From the IMG/VR virus record IMGVR_UViG_3300047409_000475: a DNA stretch of 64,000 nt; one strand, given 5' to 3'. The notes under the pieces are model-generated. The model worked only from the letters and a program-made list of their open reading frames with translations, was not told where the DNA came from and made no database searches. Source of the stretch: an uncultured virus (IMG/VR IMGVR_UViG_3300047409_000475). Taxonomy: Duplodnaviria > Heunggongvirae > Uroviricota > Caudoviricetes. Shown in pieces: positions 35,125 through 44,941 of the stretch (positions are counted from its first letter, which is position 1; the number at the start of each line of letters is the position of its first letter). A program made the translations under genes and the position numbers.

Positions 35125-36444
35125 ATGGCCAATAACTACGATGCACCCGACGTGTGCAGCGAAGACAGTCCCGACTACGACGAGGAAGCCTGCGCTGCGC
35201 GGCGCTCCGAGGACGCCTTCCCGCCAAAGGAGGAGAAAGCCTCGAACGAGGAGGCCGATCCCTGCGACGAGAGCTCCGACGCCTACGACGAGGAGGAGTG
35301 CAAGCGCCTGAAATCGGCGGCGAAGACCGGCGACAGCATGGCGTGGGTGGAGGATGCCGTCATCGACCGTGGCAACATGCGGATGACTGCCAACGGCTAC
35401 CTCGTTGCACAGGCGCGCGTCGCCCGCACCGGCATCCAGATTTACCACGGCGACGAGATCGGTGATCCGCGTCCCACCGTGCGCGTCTATCGGCCCGAGA
35501 AGACGGTGTTCGCACGCGACAGCCTGCACAGCTTTGGTCACAAGCCGGTGACGCTTGGGCATCCCCCGGAGATGGTCAACGCCCACAACTGGCGCGACTA
35601 CGCCGTCGGCCACGTGGACGGCGAGATCGTGCGCGACGGCGACATGGTCAAGGTGCCGATGATGATCACCGACGCCACCGCTATCGAGGCCATCAACCGG
35701 GGCGCGTCGCAGCTATCGGTTGGCTACGACGCACGGCTGGAGATCGTCGATGGCAAGACCCCGGACGGTGAAGCCTACGACGCCATCCAGCACGACATCC
35801 GGGTCAACCACATTGCTCTCACGCCAACGGCGCGCGGCGGCCCGCAACTGCGTCTCGGCGACAAAGGACAGAAAGGACAGAAAATGGAACGAGCCAAGCT
35901 TAATGACGAGCGCACCGTCACCATCGACGGCATCGAGTTGAAGCTGCCCGAGCCCAACGCCAGCATCGTGCAGCGCGGCCTGAAGAAGCTGCGCGATCAG
36001 GTGATCTCTCTCACCTCCGAGCGTGACACGCTGAGCGGCAAGGTCGCTGCCATGTCGAAGCAGGTGAAGGACAGCACCTTCTCCGACGCCGAGCTCGACG
36101 CGCGCGTGGCGCAGCGGCAGGCGCTGGTGTCACAGGCACAGAAGGTGCTCGGCCAGTCATGGCAGCCGGACGGCAAGCCCACCAATGACATCCGTCGCGA
36201 GGTGGTCGCCAGCAGGCTCGGCGACGACGTGGCGAAGGCGATGACCGACGCCGCCATCGAGGGCGCGTTCACGGCGGTCACCGCCACCGATGCATCGAGT
36301 GCACCACGCGAGCTCGCACAAGCGCTTGCCAAGCCCGGCTACGGCACCAGCAGCAAGCCCAACGCTGAACAGGCGTGGGAGGAGCGCGGCAAGCTGATGC
36401 GCGAAGCGTGGCGTAGCAACAACGGCTCGATGGTGAAGCAGTAA
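35125..36444 (+). CDS. DUF2213 prohead protease/scaffold
   Basis: ARTGIQIY, VYRP, PVTLGHP, QLSVGY, NHIAL...ARGG; coiled-coil C-terminus. Confidence 0.9.
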   Translation: MANNYDAPDVCSEDSPDYDEEACAARRSEDAFPPKEEKASNEEADPCDESSDAYDEEECKRLKSAAKTGDSMAWVEDAVIDRGNMRMTANGYLVAQARVARTGIQIYHGDEIGDPRPTVRVYRPEKTVFARDSLHSFGHKPVTLGHPPEMVNAHNWRDYAVGHVDGEIVRDGDMVKVPMMITDATAIEAINRGASQLSVGYDARLEIVDGKTPDGEAYDAIQHDIRVNHIALTPTARGGPQLRLGDKGQKGQKMERAKLNDERTVTIDGIELKLPEPNASIVQRGLKKLRDQVISLTSERDTLSGKVAAMSKQVKDSTFSDAELDARVAQRQALVSQAQKVLGQSWQPDGKPTNDIRREVVASRLGDDVAKAMTDAAIEGAFTAVTATDASSAPRELAQALAKPGYGTSSKPNAEQAWEERGKLMREAWRSNNGSMVKQ

Positions 36445-36475
36445 GCACCCGGCCCAAGTCGAGAGGACGACAGAC

Positions 36476-36940
36476 ATGACAGTCAATCTGCAGCCTACCT
36501 ATAGCCCAACTCAACCCATTGCTCTTCCGGGCATGCCCGCGACCGAGCATGGTTGGGACGGCGACAGCTACATCGTGGATAAGGCCGCCACCGTCAGGAT
36601 ACCCTTCGGTGTCGCCTGCTCCCTGAAGGTGGCCACTGACCCGCTGAGCGTGATCATCGGCGGCACCGCTGCGCTGTTCCGGGGCGTCAGCTACCGTGAC
36701 ATCACGCAGCCGCCGCGTGCCCCCGAGGGCTATCAGGCGGGCGAGAACATCTCGCTGATGTCGCGCGGCGACATCTGGGTGCGGGTGATTTCGGCGATCA
36801 CTGCTGGCGATCCGGTCAAGTTCGACGTGAACGGCATCTTCGGCGGCGCAGGCCTCAACATCGTGGCGAATGCTCAGTGGATGCGCGGCGGCGCAGCCAA
36901 CAGCCTTTGCCTGCTGCGCCTTCACAGCGTTGTTGCCTAG
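36476..36940 (+). CDS. Capsid decoration protein
   Basis: Between protease and capsid genes; IPFGVA, MSRGDIWV. Confidence 0.75.
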   Translation: MTVNLQPTYSPTQPIALPGMPATEHGWDGDSYIVDKAATVRIPFGVACSLKVATDPLSVIIGGTAALFRGVSYRDITQPPRAPEGYQAGENISLMSRGDIWVRVISAITAGDPVKFDVNGIFGGAGLNIVANAQWMRGGAANSLCLLRLHSVVA

Positions 36941-36997
36941 CTACAAAGTAAAACGGGGTGGTGTCAACCAGTTATTCAGGATAAGGAGAAGTTAAGC

Positions 36998-37936
36998 ATG
37001 CCCCGTCAATTCGTGGATGCACAGGCTGCGATGGCCTTTATGGTCAACCAAGCCGCCTATATTGAGAGCGAGGTCTACCGCACTCAGTATCCAGAAATCC
37101 AATACCCGACGCTCGTCCCCATCGACGAGAGCGCCCCCGAGTGGACCAAGTCCGTCACCTTCTACTCCATCGACCGGGTGGGTGAGGCGCAGTGGTTCCA
37201 CCACATGTCAACCGACATCCGGCTGGCTGATGTGCAGCGCTCGGCCTACGAACAGGGCATCGAGATGGCGGCCATCGGGTATCGCTACACGCTCGAAGAG
37301 ATCGGGCAGGCGATGATGATCGGCTGGAACCTCACCACCGAGCGGGCGGCTGCGGCCGTGCGTGCGGCCGAGGAGTTCACCGAGCGCGTCGCCATGGTAG
37401 GCGATGCCACCAAAGGCTGGACCGGCATCATCAACGCTCTCGGCGTCACCGCCACCACGGCGCAGGCCGGTGTGGGCGGCATCACGTGGGTGACGAAGAC
37501 CGCCGATGAAATCCTGCGCGACGTGAACAACGCGCTGGCCGACATCTACACCACTTCGAACACCATCGAGACGGCGAACACCATCCTGTTGCCGATCAAC
37601 CAATACTCGTTGATCAGCACCAAGCGGCTCTCCGACAGCCTCGACATGACGATCATGGAGTGGCTCACACGCTACAATGTTTACACTGCCCAAACGGGCC
37701 AGCCGCTCACCATCCGCGCAGTTCGTCAGCTTGCGACTGCAGGCGCTGGCGGCACGGCGCGCATGATGGTCTACCGGCGCGACCCGACGGTGTTGAAGAT
37801 GCACATCCCGATGCGGCATCGCTTCCTGCCGGTCTGGCAGACGGGCCCGATAACTTTTGACATCCCCGGAATTTTCCGTCTGGGCGGTGCCGAGGTGCGG
37901 CGTCCGGGCGCGGTGCGCTACGTGGACGGCATCTAA
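36998..37936 (+). CDS. Major capsid protein (DUF2184-like)
   Basis: IESEVYRTQYPEIQY, YTLEEI, RLGGAEVRRP, YVDGI; TAAGGAG RBS. Confidence 0.92.
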   Translation: MPRQFVDAQAAMAFMVNQAAYIESEVYRTQYPEIQYPTLVPIDESAPEWTKSVTFYSIDRVGEAQWFHHMSTDIRLADVQRSAYEQGIEMAAIGYRYTLEEIGQAMMIGWNLTTERAAAAVRAAEEFTERVAMVGDATKGWTGIINALGVTATTAQAGVGGITWVTKTADEILRDVNNALADIYTTSNTIETANTILLPINQYSLISTKRLSDSLDMTIMEWLTRYNVYTAQTGQPLTIRAVRQLATAGAGGTARMMVYRRDPTVLKMHIPMRHRFLPVWQTGPITFDIPGIFRLGGAEVRRPGAVRYVDGI

Positions 37937-38000
37937 GATCAAACGGCGAACATCGGTCTTTTGATCTAAATCAATACGATAGGTTTAAGGAGAACAAATC

Positions 38001-38246
38001 ATGCCTGTGATTGGCTTGAAGAACAGTCGTGGCAACGGCCCGCGCGGCGTCATCGACATCCGCTCCGTGCAGCACACCATCCCGGTGGGTGGCGAGGAAG
38101 CTGACATCGAGGTGGATGATCACACCGCTGAATGGCTGGCCGAGGTGTGGGAGAACAACGGCGACCTTGAGGTCACTGGTGGAGCTCCTGCGCGCAGCAG
38201 CAAGCACGCCAAGGAGCATCAGCCCGAAGGCCGCGCCAAGCTGTAA
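38001..38246 (+). CDS. Small head-associated protein
   Basis: TAAGGAG RBS, follows MCP. Confidence 0.65.
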   Translation: MPVIGLKNSRGNGPRGVIDIRSVQHTIPVGGEEADIEVDDHTAEWLAEVWENNGDLEVTGGAPARSSKHAKEHQPEGRAKL

Positions 38247-38260
38247 CCGGGAGAACGCCA

Positions 38261-38632
38261 GTGCCCGTCTACTACGATCCGTCACTCAAGAACACGCGGA
38301 TGACCGTCACGCGTGACCACTTCGCCAATGGCACGCTGGAAATCCTCTCGGCCACCGACGTGCTGCTCGTAGCGTTCGGGCTGGCAGACGACGGTGGCAC
38401 CGTGTCCAACGGTGTGTGGACGCTGGCCTTCGACTTCGGCACCGTGCCCGCAGTCGGTGCGGGTGACGCTGCCAAGGCGCAGGTGAAGACCGGCGTCGTT
38501 GGCGGCGGCCTCGCCCACCTCACCGGCCTCACCGTTGGCACGGCGGGCACCGACGTGATCCTCCCCAGCCTTGCAATCGTCGTTGGCCAGAACGTCACGC
38601 TGACGGCGGCGACAATCACCCACGCACTGTGA
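38261..38632 (+). CDS. Virion-associated beta protein
   Basis: GLTVGTAGTDVIL...TLTAATITH. Confidence 0.65.
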   Translation: MPVYYDPSLKNTRMTVTRDHFANGTLEILSATDVLLVAFGLADDGGTVSNGVWTLAFDFGTVPAVGAGDAAKAQVKTGVVGGGLAHLTGLTVGTAGTDVILPSLAIVVGQNVTLTAATITHAL

Positions 38633-38657
38633 CCCTCTGATGTGAAGGGATCAACTC

Positions 38658-41600
38658 ATGGCTGCCCCGTATAATCCCCCGATCAAAGGGGAAGACTTCG
38701 TGTTGCGTGTGTCGCTGTCCGATATGGCGATGCCGGGAACGTTCAAGGCCAACCCCAGCCTCGCGGCGGGCGACTTCAAGATCGACAAGGACGGCTATGG
38801 CCTCGCGCCACTGTCCATCGCGCCGGTCGTGCAGCCCGCTGGCTCGGTGCTGGTGCGGGTGACGCTCACGCCTGATGAGATGGCTGCCGACGTGGTGACC
38901 ATCGTCGGCATCGACCAGAGCTTCCCGAAGGAATGGGCCGACTTCGTCTTGTCGATCCCGACCACGGCGATGGCCAGCACCGTGCACGTCGCCAGCGCCA
39001 TCTACCTCAACGACGAAATGGCGCTCCAGCCCCCTTTCGAGGATAGTGCTATCGGGGGCGGCACAATCCAAGCACTGCCCCCCGCTGCTGGCGCTGCCAG
39101 TTCTGTTGCAAGAGATGCCTCTGCAAGGGAAGGCATGACCGTCGCCCCGATCCACATGGTCAGCGGCGGCGAGATGGCGCTTGGCGTGCCGGGTGCGGCC
39201 ACGCCTACCTACAGCCTGCGCATGACCAACGTCGGCGGCGGCTTCTCGGCGGGCGCTGTTGACAGCAACATGGTCAGCTTCTGGCTCGACGACAACTGGA
39301 TCAACAGCGACGCACAGCCAGCACCGCTCGATGCGTCGGTGCCGTCGCTGATCTTGCAGACCGGCTACTTCCTTGGGCTCGCCAACACCGTCGAGTTCAT
39401 CAACGACTGGGATGAGTTCGACCGCTACTTCTCGTTCGGCTGGAGCGACGCGAAGGATCAACTCCAGTTGTCGGTGGGCTTCGACAAGAACTGGGTGACC
39501 AGCGAGCCGGGGGTGCAGCCCGACATGGCCTTCTGCGCGCAAGTCTCGCCCACGGACGGCCACTCTGTGCCGCATTGGAAGTTCGCGTTCTCCAACGGCA
39601 ATCACTTCGTGCCCAACGCCGACAACGTGGTTGACGTTGGCGATGCGGCGCATCGCGTGCGCGATATCCACGCTGGCTCCACGGTGCATACGCCACTGGT
39701 GAAGTTGAAGCAGGCTGGTCTGCTCGACAACGGCTCTGTCGTGAGCGAGCGCGTTGACCGCCCCGACATCCCGGCAGCGGCGGTGCTCTCCAACACCGAT
39801 ATGACCTTTGAGGATTTTGGTTACCCTGACATCCGCTTTCGCACCGTCAACCTTGGCACCGCCGATCCTTGGATGCTGGGTGACAATCCCCCTGTCGATA
39901 CCAATGGTATCTACTTCTACGCCAGCGACAACTACGGCTCAACAACCCCGCCCGATCCCACCAGCAGCAACTTGGTTGCCTACCTTTATCCTTATACTCC
40001 CGGTTACGCCGGTATCCTTGGCCTCTATGCCTGTGAGGCAGCTTTCTACGACTACACCAACAATTGGGATGCGACGATTGGTTGGGACAACCAAGAGGCT
40101 CCCACCCGCTTCAACATCAGGGTTGGCTTCTGGAGCGGAACGGTCACGGCCTCACAGGCCGATCTGGCGTTCTGCGCCGATGACAGTCAGCCGAAGTGGA
40201 CGATGGCGTTCTCGAACGGCAATCACCTCATCCCCGGCACCGACAACTTGCAGGACATCGGTGATCCCACGCATCGCGTGCGCGCCGTGCACGCTGGCAG
40301 TCTCGGCGTGGAAAACTTCACCTCCGACAAGGTCGTTCTGCCGCCACCAGCGGGCTACGAGAGTGTTGGCAGCGAGACGCTCTACAACGCCTTCGGCTAC
40401 GTGGGATTGATCAATCCCAACTACACTTCCGGCCTTTGGCTCGACGGCTTCGGTAACAACCTCGACGACCTGACCTTGCCGGGTGAGGCCATGATCATCA
40501 GTGGCGGGGTGGGTGGCTGGCTCATAGGCGCGCAGGCGTGGGGGCAAGGTGAGTTTGCGGGGAAGCCGCTCTACGTCACCGCTAACTGGGGCTTTGGTGC
40601 GTGGCACGAGCCACACATCACGCCGTGGCGCGACAACGTGTCGGACCTTGGCTCACACACCAACCGGCTGCGTGACGTGCACGCGGGCACCAGCGTCAGC
40701 ACCCCGAGGCTGCTCCTGTCGGACACGGGCGGCACCACGAGCGAGAGGGGGGACACGTGGCGCGGTGGCACCATCCAAGTGCGGCAGAGCGATCCGGGCG
40801 CGCCGGAAGGGCCGGAAGGGACGGCACCACCGCTGCACATGATGAGCGGCGGCGTGATCATCAACGGCACCGAGGGCTTCAAGTGGCGTCAGATGAGCAT
40901 CGGTGGCGGTGGGGGCGGGGAGTTCGGCGGCAGTGGCAGTGACGAACAAGAGGATGGGTTGGATGCCAACGTCATCATGTTCTTCGTTGATGATGACAGC
41001 ACCATCGAGAGCCAGCCCAATGGTGGCCGACTGATCCAGATGATGGCATCAGTCGGGTCTTACTTCTACGACCACTTTCATATGTTCTCCAGTGGCCCGC
41101 TGTCCGACTACGAGAGCAGTTACGGCGGCCTCGCTTGGTCAGAGGACAAGAGCTTCTTCCAACTCGCGGTCGCTAGTTACGGCACGCCGAAAGACCTTGC
41201 CTTCTGCACCAACACGGATACGCCTGTGTGGCGCGTGTCACACTCGACCGGTGGTCACTTCATCCCCGAGGTGGACAACACGCTCGACATCGGCTCGCCC
41301 GAGAAGCGCCTGCGTCGTGTGCACGCCGCCTCGTTGATGGGCAACGTGTCATTCCGCGACGACACTACCGGCGCACCGCATTGGAGTATCCTCCACTCAC
41401 AGGGCAGCCACCTGACCCCCGAGGTGAGCAACACCTACGACATCGGGACGGAAGCCTACCGGGTGCGCACTGCCTACATCAACAGGGTGACCACGCCGCA
41501 CGTGTTGCTGGAGAGCAAACCCGGAAATGGCGGCCTCATAACCGAAGGCGGGATCACGGCAAAGGGCACTGACCAACCAACGCCGTCGGCAGTGATCGGC

Positions 41601-42173
41601 AGCGTGGATTGGGATGGCGATGCGTTGCCCCTCATGCGTTACCGCCAACTGAGCATTGGTGGTAACATTGGTGGAGCCGTTGCTGCCAATTACATTACCT
41701 TCTGTGCCAGTGTGGAATACTCTGATAGCTCAGAAGACTTGGGCAAGATTGTCATGGGGATAATGCCCGGCGGTGTCACCGTGTATGGTGCCAAGCTTGG
41801 CATGTATAACAACGATGCCGTCCCAACTGGCGTTGCCGGTTTTGGTTGGGACAGCACCGATGTCCCAACCCGCTTTAATATCGAGGTGGGTCAACTTAAC
41901 GGCGGCGTGCAGACAGACCTCGCTTTCACCGTCGAAGGTGGCGGCATCAAGTGGCGCATGGCTCACTCGACAGGCAGCCACCTCGTGCCCGAGACGGACA
42001 ACACCCTCGACATCGGAGCACTCAGCAAATCGCTGCGCAGCCTGTTCACGTCGTCTGTGCAAATGCCGGTCAGCACACCAGCAGCGCCAACCGATGGCCT
42101 TATCTGGTTCGACGGCACGGCGTTGAAGATGCAAGTCGGTGGCGTAGCAAAGACCTTCGCCTTCGCGCCATGA
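38658..42173 (+). CDS. Large fibre/spike-like protein with six HxxPxxxNxxDxG repeats
   Basis: 1171 aa; C-terminus PTDGLIWFDGT. Confidence 0.7.
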   Translation: MAAPYNPPIKGEDFVLRVSLSDMAMPGTFKANPSLAAGDFKIDKDGYGLAPLSIAPVVQPAGSVLVRVTLTPDEMAADVVTIVGIDQSFPKEWADFVLSIPTTAMASTVHVASAIYLNDEMALQPPFEDSAIGGGTIQALPPAAGAASSVARDASAREGMTVAPIHMVSGGEMALGVPGAATPTYSLRMTNVGGGFSAGAVDSNMVSFWLDDNWINSDAQPAPLDASVPSLILQTGYFLGLANTVEFINDWDEFDRYFSFGWSDAKDQLQLSVGFDKNWVTSEPGVQPDMAFCAQVSPTDGHSVPHWKFAFSNGNHFVPNADNVVDVGDAAHRVRDIHAGSTVHTPLVKLKQAGLLDNGSVVSERVDRPDIPAAAVLSNTDMTFEDFGYPDIRFRTVNLGTADPWMLGDNPPVDTNGIYFYASDNYGSTTPPDPTSSNLVAYLYPYTPGYAGILGLYACEAAFYDYTNNWDATIGWDNQEAPTRFNIRVGFWSGTVTASQADLAFCADDSQPKWTMAFSNGNHLIPGTDNLQDIGDPTHRVRAVHAGSLGVENFTSDKVVLPPPAGYESVGSETLYNAFGYVGLINPNYTSGLWLDGFGNNLDDLTLPGEAMIISGGVGGWLIGAQAWGQGEFAGKPLYVTANWGFGAWHEPHITPWRDNVSDLGSHTNRLRDVHAGTSVSTPRLLLSDTGGTTSERGDTWRGGTIQVRQSDPGAPEGPEGTAPPLHMMSGGVIINGTEGFKWRQMSIGGGGGGEFGGSGSDEQEDGLDANVIMFFVDDDSTIESQPNGGRLIQMMASVGSYFYDHFHMFSSGPLSDYESSYGGLAWSEDKSFFQLAVASYGTPKDLAFCTNTDTPVWRVSHSTGGHFIPEVDNTLDIGSPEKRLRRVHAASLMGNVSFRDDTTGAPHWSILHSQGSHLTPEVSNTYDIGTEAYRVRTAYINRVTTPHVLLESKPGNGGLITEGGITAKGTDQPTPSAVIGSVDWDGDALPLMRYRQLSIGGNIGGAVAANYITFCASVEYSDSSEDLGKIVMGIMPGGVTVYGAKLGMYNNDAVPTGVAGFGWDSTDVPTRFNIEVGQLNGGVQTDLAFTVEGGGIKWRMAHSTGSHLVPETDNTLDIGALSKSLRSLFTSSVQMPVSTPAAPTDGLIWFDGTALKMQVGGVAKTFAFAP

Positions 42174-42183
42174 CGGTGCGCCG

Positions 42184-42651
42184 ATGTCTGGCGTCTTCAT
42201 TGGTGGGCCGTATGTAGTCTTCAGCGGCACAGCGCCGCTGCGTGGCAAGGCGACAGCGACGATCAAGCGCAATGTCGCGCCATCGTATCAGACGCTTCTC
42301 AACGACGACGACGGCAGCGACCTCCCGCACTTCAACGCCGCCGCGCAGCAATTCACGCCGCTGTTCTTCGAGACGATCCCGAAGAGCAACGGCGCAGGCA
42401 ACCCGATCTACAAGCCGCTGCTCGGTGAGCCGTGGATCATTTTTTGTCGCAGTCCGCGCCTGCCGACGCCTCCCGGCCTCTACGCGCAGGAACCCGGCGG
42501 CGACACGGCGCATATCACCGGCAAGGTCTTGCACCTGCAGGTGATCGAGTGGCCCGACAATTACGGCGCGTTCGCTGCGCACGCGGGCCACACGACTGAC
42601 TGGCCGCCACGACCGCACCACATCGCCGCGAGGAGGCGCTACGGCACATGA
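42184..42651 (+). CDS. Hypothetical protein
   Basis: 155 aa, coupled to the next gene. Confidence 0.6.
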   Translation: MSGVFIGGPYVVFSGTAPLRGKATATIKRNVAPSYQTLLNDDDGSDLPHFNAAAQQFTPLFFETIPKSNGAGNPIYKPLLGEPWIIFCRSPRLPTPPGLYAQEPGGDTAHITGKVLHLQVIEWPDNYGAFAAHAGHTTDWPPRPHHIAARRRYGT

Positions 42652-43142
42652 ACTACAGCCCCATGCCCGGCTGGCCGATCAACATCGCGGTGTCATCGGA
42701 GCCATGTGAGCCGCCGACCGTCGAACAGTTCAGAGCTCGCTTCCCAGAGTTCGGTGAGCTCAAGGACGCCACCATCGAGAACGCCATCAACGATGCCTCG
42801 TGCTGGGCCGACAGCACATGGATCGAGACAGCCTGTTTTGATTGCACCAAGGCCATCGGCTACCTCGCTGCCCACTACCTGATGCTCGGCCTCGTGGCCG
42901 CCTCGCTGGTGCCCGACGTGGTGACCGATGACAGCGGCACCGTCATCATCCCCGGCGGCTCGGTCACCTCGCTGCACTTCGAAGCCATGTCGGTGAGCTT
43001 CAACGCGCCGACGGCGGCAGGCGGCACAGGCGGTGGCTCTGGCTCGGGCATGGGCGATCAATACGGCCTCGCCGCCACGCCCTACGGGCAAAGGTATCTT
43101 GAGCTTCTGAAAGTGAACAAGCCAGCCGTGCTGGTTGTCTGA
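42648..43142 (+). CDS. DUF4054 head-tail adaptor
   Basis: FRARFPEF, YLAAHYL, TPYGQRYLEL. Confidence 0.85.
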   Translation: MNYSPMPGWPINIAVSSEPCEPPTVEQFRARFPEFGELKDATIENAINDASCWADSTWIETACFDCTKAIGYLAAHYLMLGLVAASLVPDVVTDDSGTVIIPGGSVTSLHFEAMSVSFNAPTAAGGTGGGSGSGMGDQYGLAATPYGQRYLELLKVNKPAVLVV

Positions 43143-43153
43143 GGAGGACGAAC

Positions 43154-43336
43154 ATGCCTGACGACAAGGACGACAAGCAGGACCGCAAGGAGAAGGTGCG
43201 CGAAGGCACCTACGCGCCCGCCAGCGGCGGCATCAGCCCCGGCGCGCATCCGGGTGGCACCAAGCCGACCGAAGACCCGCGCGATGATGCAGGGCTGAAC
43301 AAGGAAGACCCTGCGCCCGAGCAGCACAAGGATTGA
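43154..43336 (+). CDS. Small hydrophilic protein
   Basis: GAGGAGG RBS. Confidence 0.55.
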   Translation: MPDDKDDKQDRKEKVREGTYAPASGGISPGAHPGGTKPTEDPRDDAGLNKEDPAPEQHKD

Positions 43337-43557
43337 TCGTCATGGGGTGTGGATGTGGACAGCGCCGCGAGATCGGCGCTCGCATGGTTACGGCGCTGCG
43401 CAACGGTGACAACGCCGCGCTGCGCGCACACATGGGCGAGATGGCTCGCTCGCTTGGCGACGACCTGCGCGTCGGTCGCGCGCAGATCAGCAGGAACTGG
43501 CAACAGGCCCCGAGGCCGATTGATCCGCCGCGACCGTTCACGGTGCGTCGCTTCTGA
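43333..43557 (+). CDS. Hypothetical protein
   Basis: MGCGCGQRR. Confidence 0.55.
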   Translation: MIVMGCGCGQRREIGARMVTALRNGDNAALRAHMGEMARSLGDDLRVGRAQISRNWQQAPRPIDPPRPFTVRRF

Positions 43558-44093
43558 TGCCGAAAGCACCAGCGCCGACCTCGCTGGTGCTGGGGATCGA
43601 TACGTCGGTCTTGCAGGCGCAATACACCTACGCGGTGACGATCAGTCAGAGCGAGATCGAGCGGGCGCTGCCCATCGAGGTGAACAACAGCGGCCACGTG
43701 CTGTTCAACGACGTGGTCACCGAGATCAGCCGCGACTTCCCCGATGTGCCGCCGCAGGTGATCGCGTCGGCGCTTACCAGCCGCGAAGCAACCGGCGTGC
43801 TGCCGAGCTTCAGCATCTCATCCGCCGAAGCGATGGTGACCTACGTCGAGTGGATCACCAGCCGCGACGAAAGGGTCTGCCCGATCTGCGGGCCGCGCGA
43901 CGGCGTCGTCTACCGGATCATCGACGTGATGGACATCTACCCGGCACACCCAAATTGCCGCTGCAGGCTTGAGCGGCTGGGCATCACCGACAGCATGCTG
44001 CAGGCTGGTGCCGAGCTCCTGCCCGACGCGATGCAGCGCGTTGCCGATGGTGTGCTCGAACAGTTCGGGCGCGTCTGGGGACGCTTCGGATGA
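43557..44093 (+). CDS. Second MuF-domain protein
   Basis: WITSRDERVCPIC...PAHPNCRC. Confidence 0.75.
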   Translation: MPKAPAPTSLVLGIDTSVLQAQYTYAVTISQSEIERALPIEVNNSGHVLFNDVVTEISRDFPDVPPQVIASALTSREATGVLPSFSISSAEAMVTYVEWITSRDERVCPICGPRDGVVYRIIDVMDIYPAHPNCRCRLERLGITDSMLQAGAELLPDAMQRVADGVLEQFGRVWGRFG

Positions 44094-44536
44094 GCGTCTT
44101 TGGTGCACGCATTGTCGGTGCCTACCAGATGCTCGACGCGGAGTTCGCTGACGGCTTCAACTACACGCCGATGCGCGAGGTGGTGAACGCGCTGCCCGAG
44201 CCTGACCCCGAGCGCGAGGGAGGCTCGATCAAGGCGATCCTGTTGCAGCCCGGCGCGGCGCTCGGCTCCGGTCACAGCCTCAACGCCATGCACAAGCGCG
44301 CATCGTCTGAGCCGAAGCTGTCGTTCATGGCGCGTGGCCTGCTCACCGATGTGCGGCGCTTCGACCGCTTCACGTTGACGGGCTCGCGCCACAACCCGGA
44401 TCGCACCGGCACGCGCACCTACGAGGTGGGGGACGGGCCAACCCCAGTCGGCTTTGGCCGCTACGAGGCGACGCTGGTCGAGATCAGCGGCATCGATGTG
44501 CCGCCAGCACCGGATGACGCGACGCCGCCTTGGTGA
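44090..44536 (+). CDS. Head-closure/neck protein
   Basis: Position and size. Confidence 0.55.
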   Translation: MSVFGARIVGAYQMLDAEFADGFNYTPMREVVNALPEPDPEREGGSIKAILLQPGAALGSGHSLNAMHKRASSEPKLSFMARGLLTDVRRFDRFTLTGSRHNPDRTGTRTYEVGDGPTPVGFGRYEATLVEISGIDVPPAPDDATPPW

Positions 44537-44547
44537 AAGGGGATGCC

Positions 44548-44706
44548 ATGTCAGTTGGAACAATCCTGCTCATCCTGCTGATCCTGATCCTTATCGGCGC
44601 TGTGCCGACTTGGGGCTACAGCGCCAACTGGGGTTACGGACCATCAGGCATCATTGGTGCAATCCTTGTCATCGTTGTTGTCTTGCTCCTGCTAGGGAGG
44701 CTCTGA
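44548..44706 (+). CDS. DUF3309 family small membrane protein
   Basis: MSVGTILLILLILILIGAVPTWGYSANWGYGPSGIIGAILVIVVVLLLLGRL (not in ORF track). Confidence 0.85.
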   Translation: MSVGTILLILLILILIGAVPTWGYSANWGYGPSGIIGAILVIVVVLLLLGRL

Positions 44707-44712
44707 ACTCAG

Positions 44713-44895
44713 ATGACCAGTGGTCTGCTGTTTTGGATACTGATGCTGATCTGGTTGATCTTCGGCTTCGTCATCAATTGGGGCTGGCCAGCGAATGTTC
44801 CTACTTCCTACGGCCTGTGGGGGCACAGCATTCTGCTGTTCATCCTGCTGGGCATTCTCGGCTGGCAGGTGTTCGGCGCGCCGATCCACGGGTGA
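44713..44895 (+). CDS. Small two-TM protein
   Basis: GLLFWILMLIW...LGWQVFGAPIHG. Confidence 0.75.
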   Translation: MTSGLLFWILMLIWLIFGFVINWGWPANVPTSYGLWGHSILLFILLGILGWQVFGAPIHG

Positions 44896-44896
44896 G

Positions 44897-44941
44897 AACC
44901 CCGACAAACTCCGACAAACTCCGACATCCCCTGATCCGACA
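44897..44941 (+). repeat. CCGACA direct repeats
   Basis: AAC(C/T)CCGACA three times in tandem, plus a fourth CCGACA at the next ATG. Confidence 0.8.
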
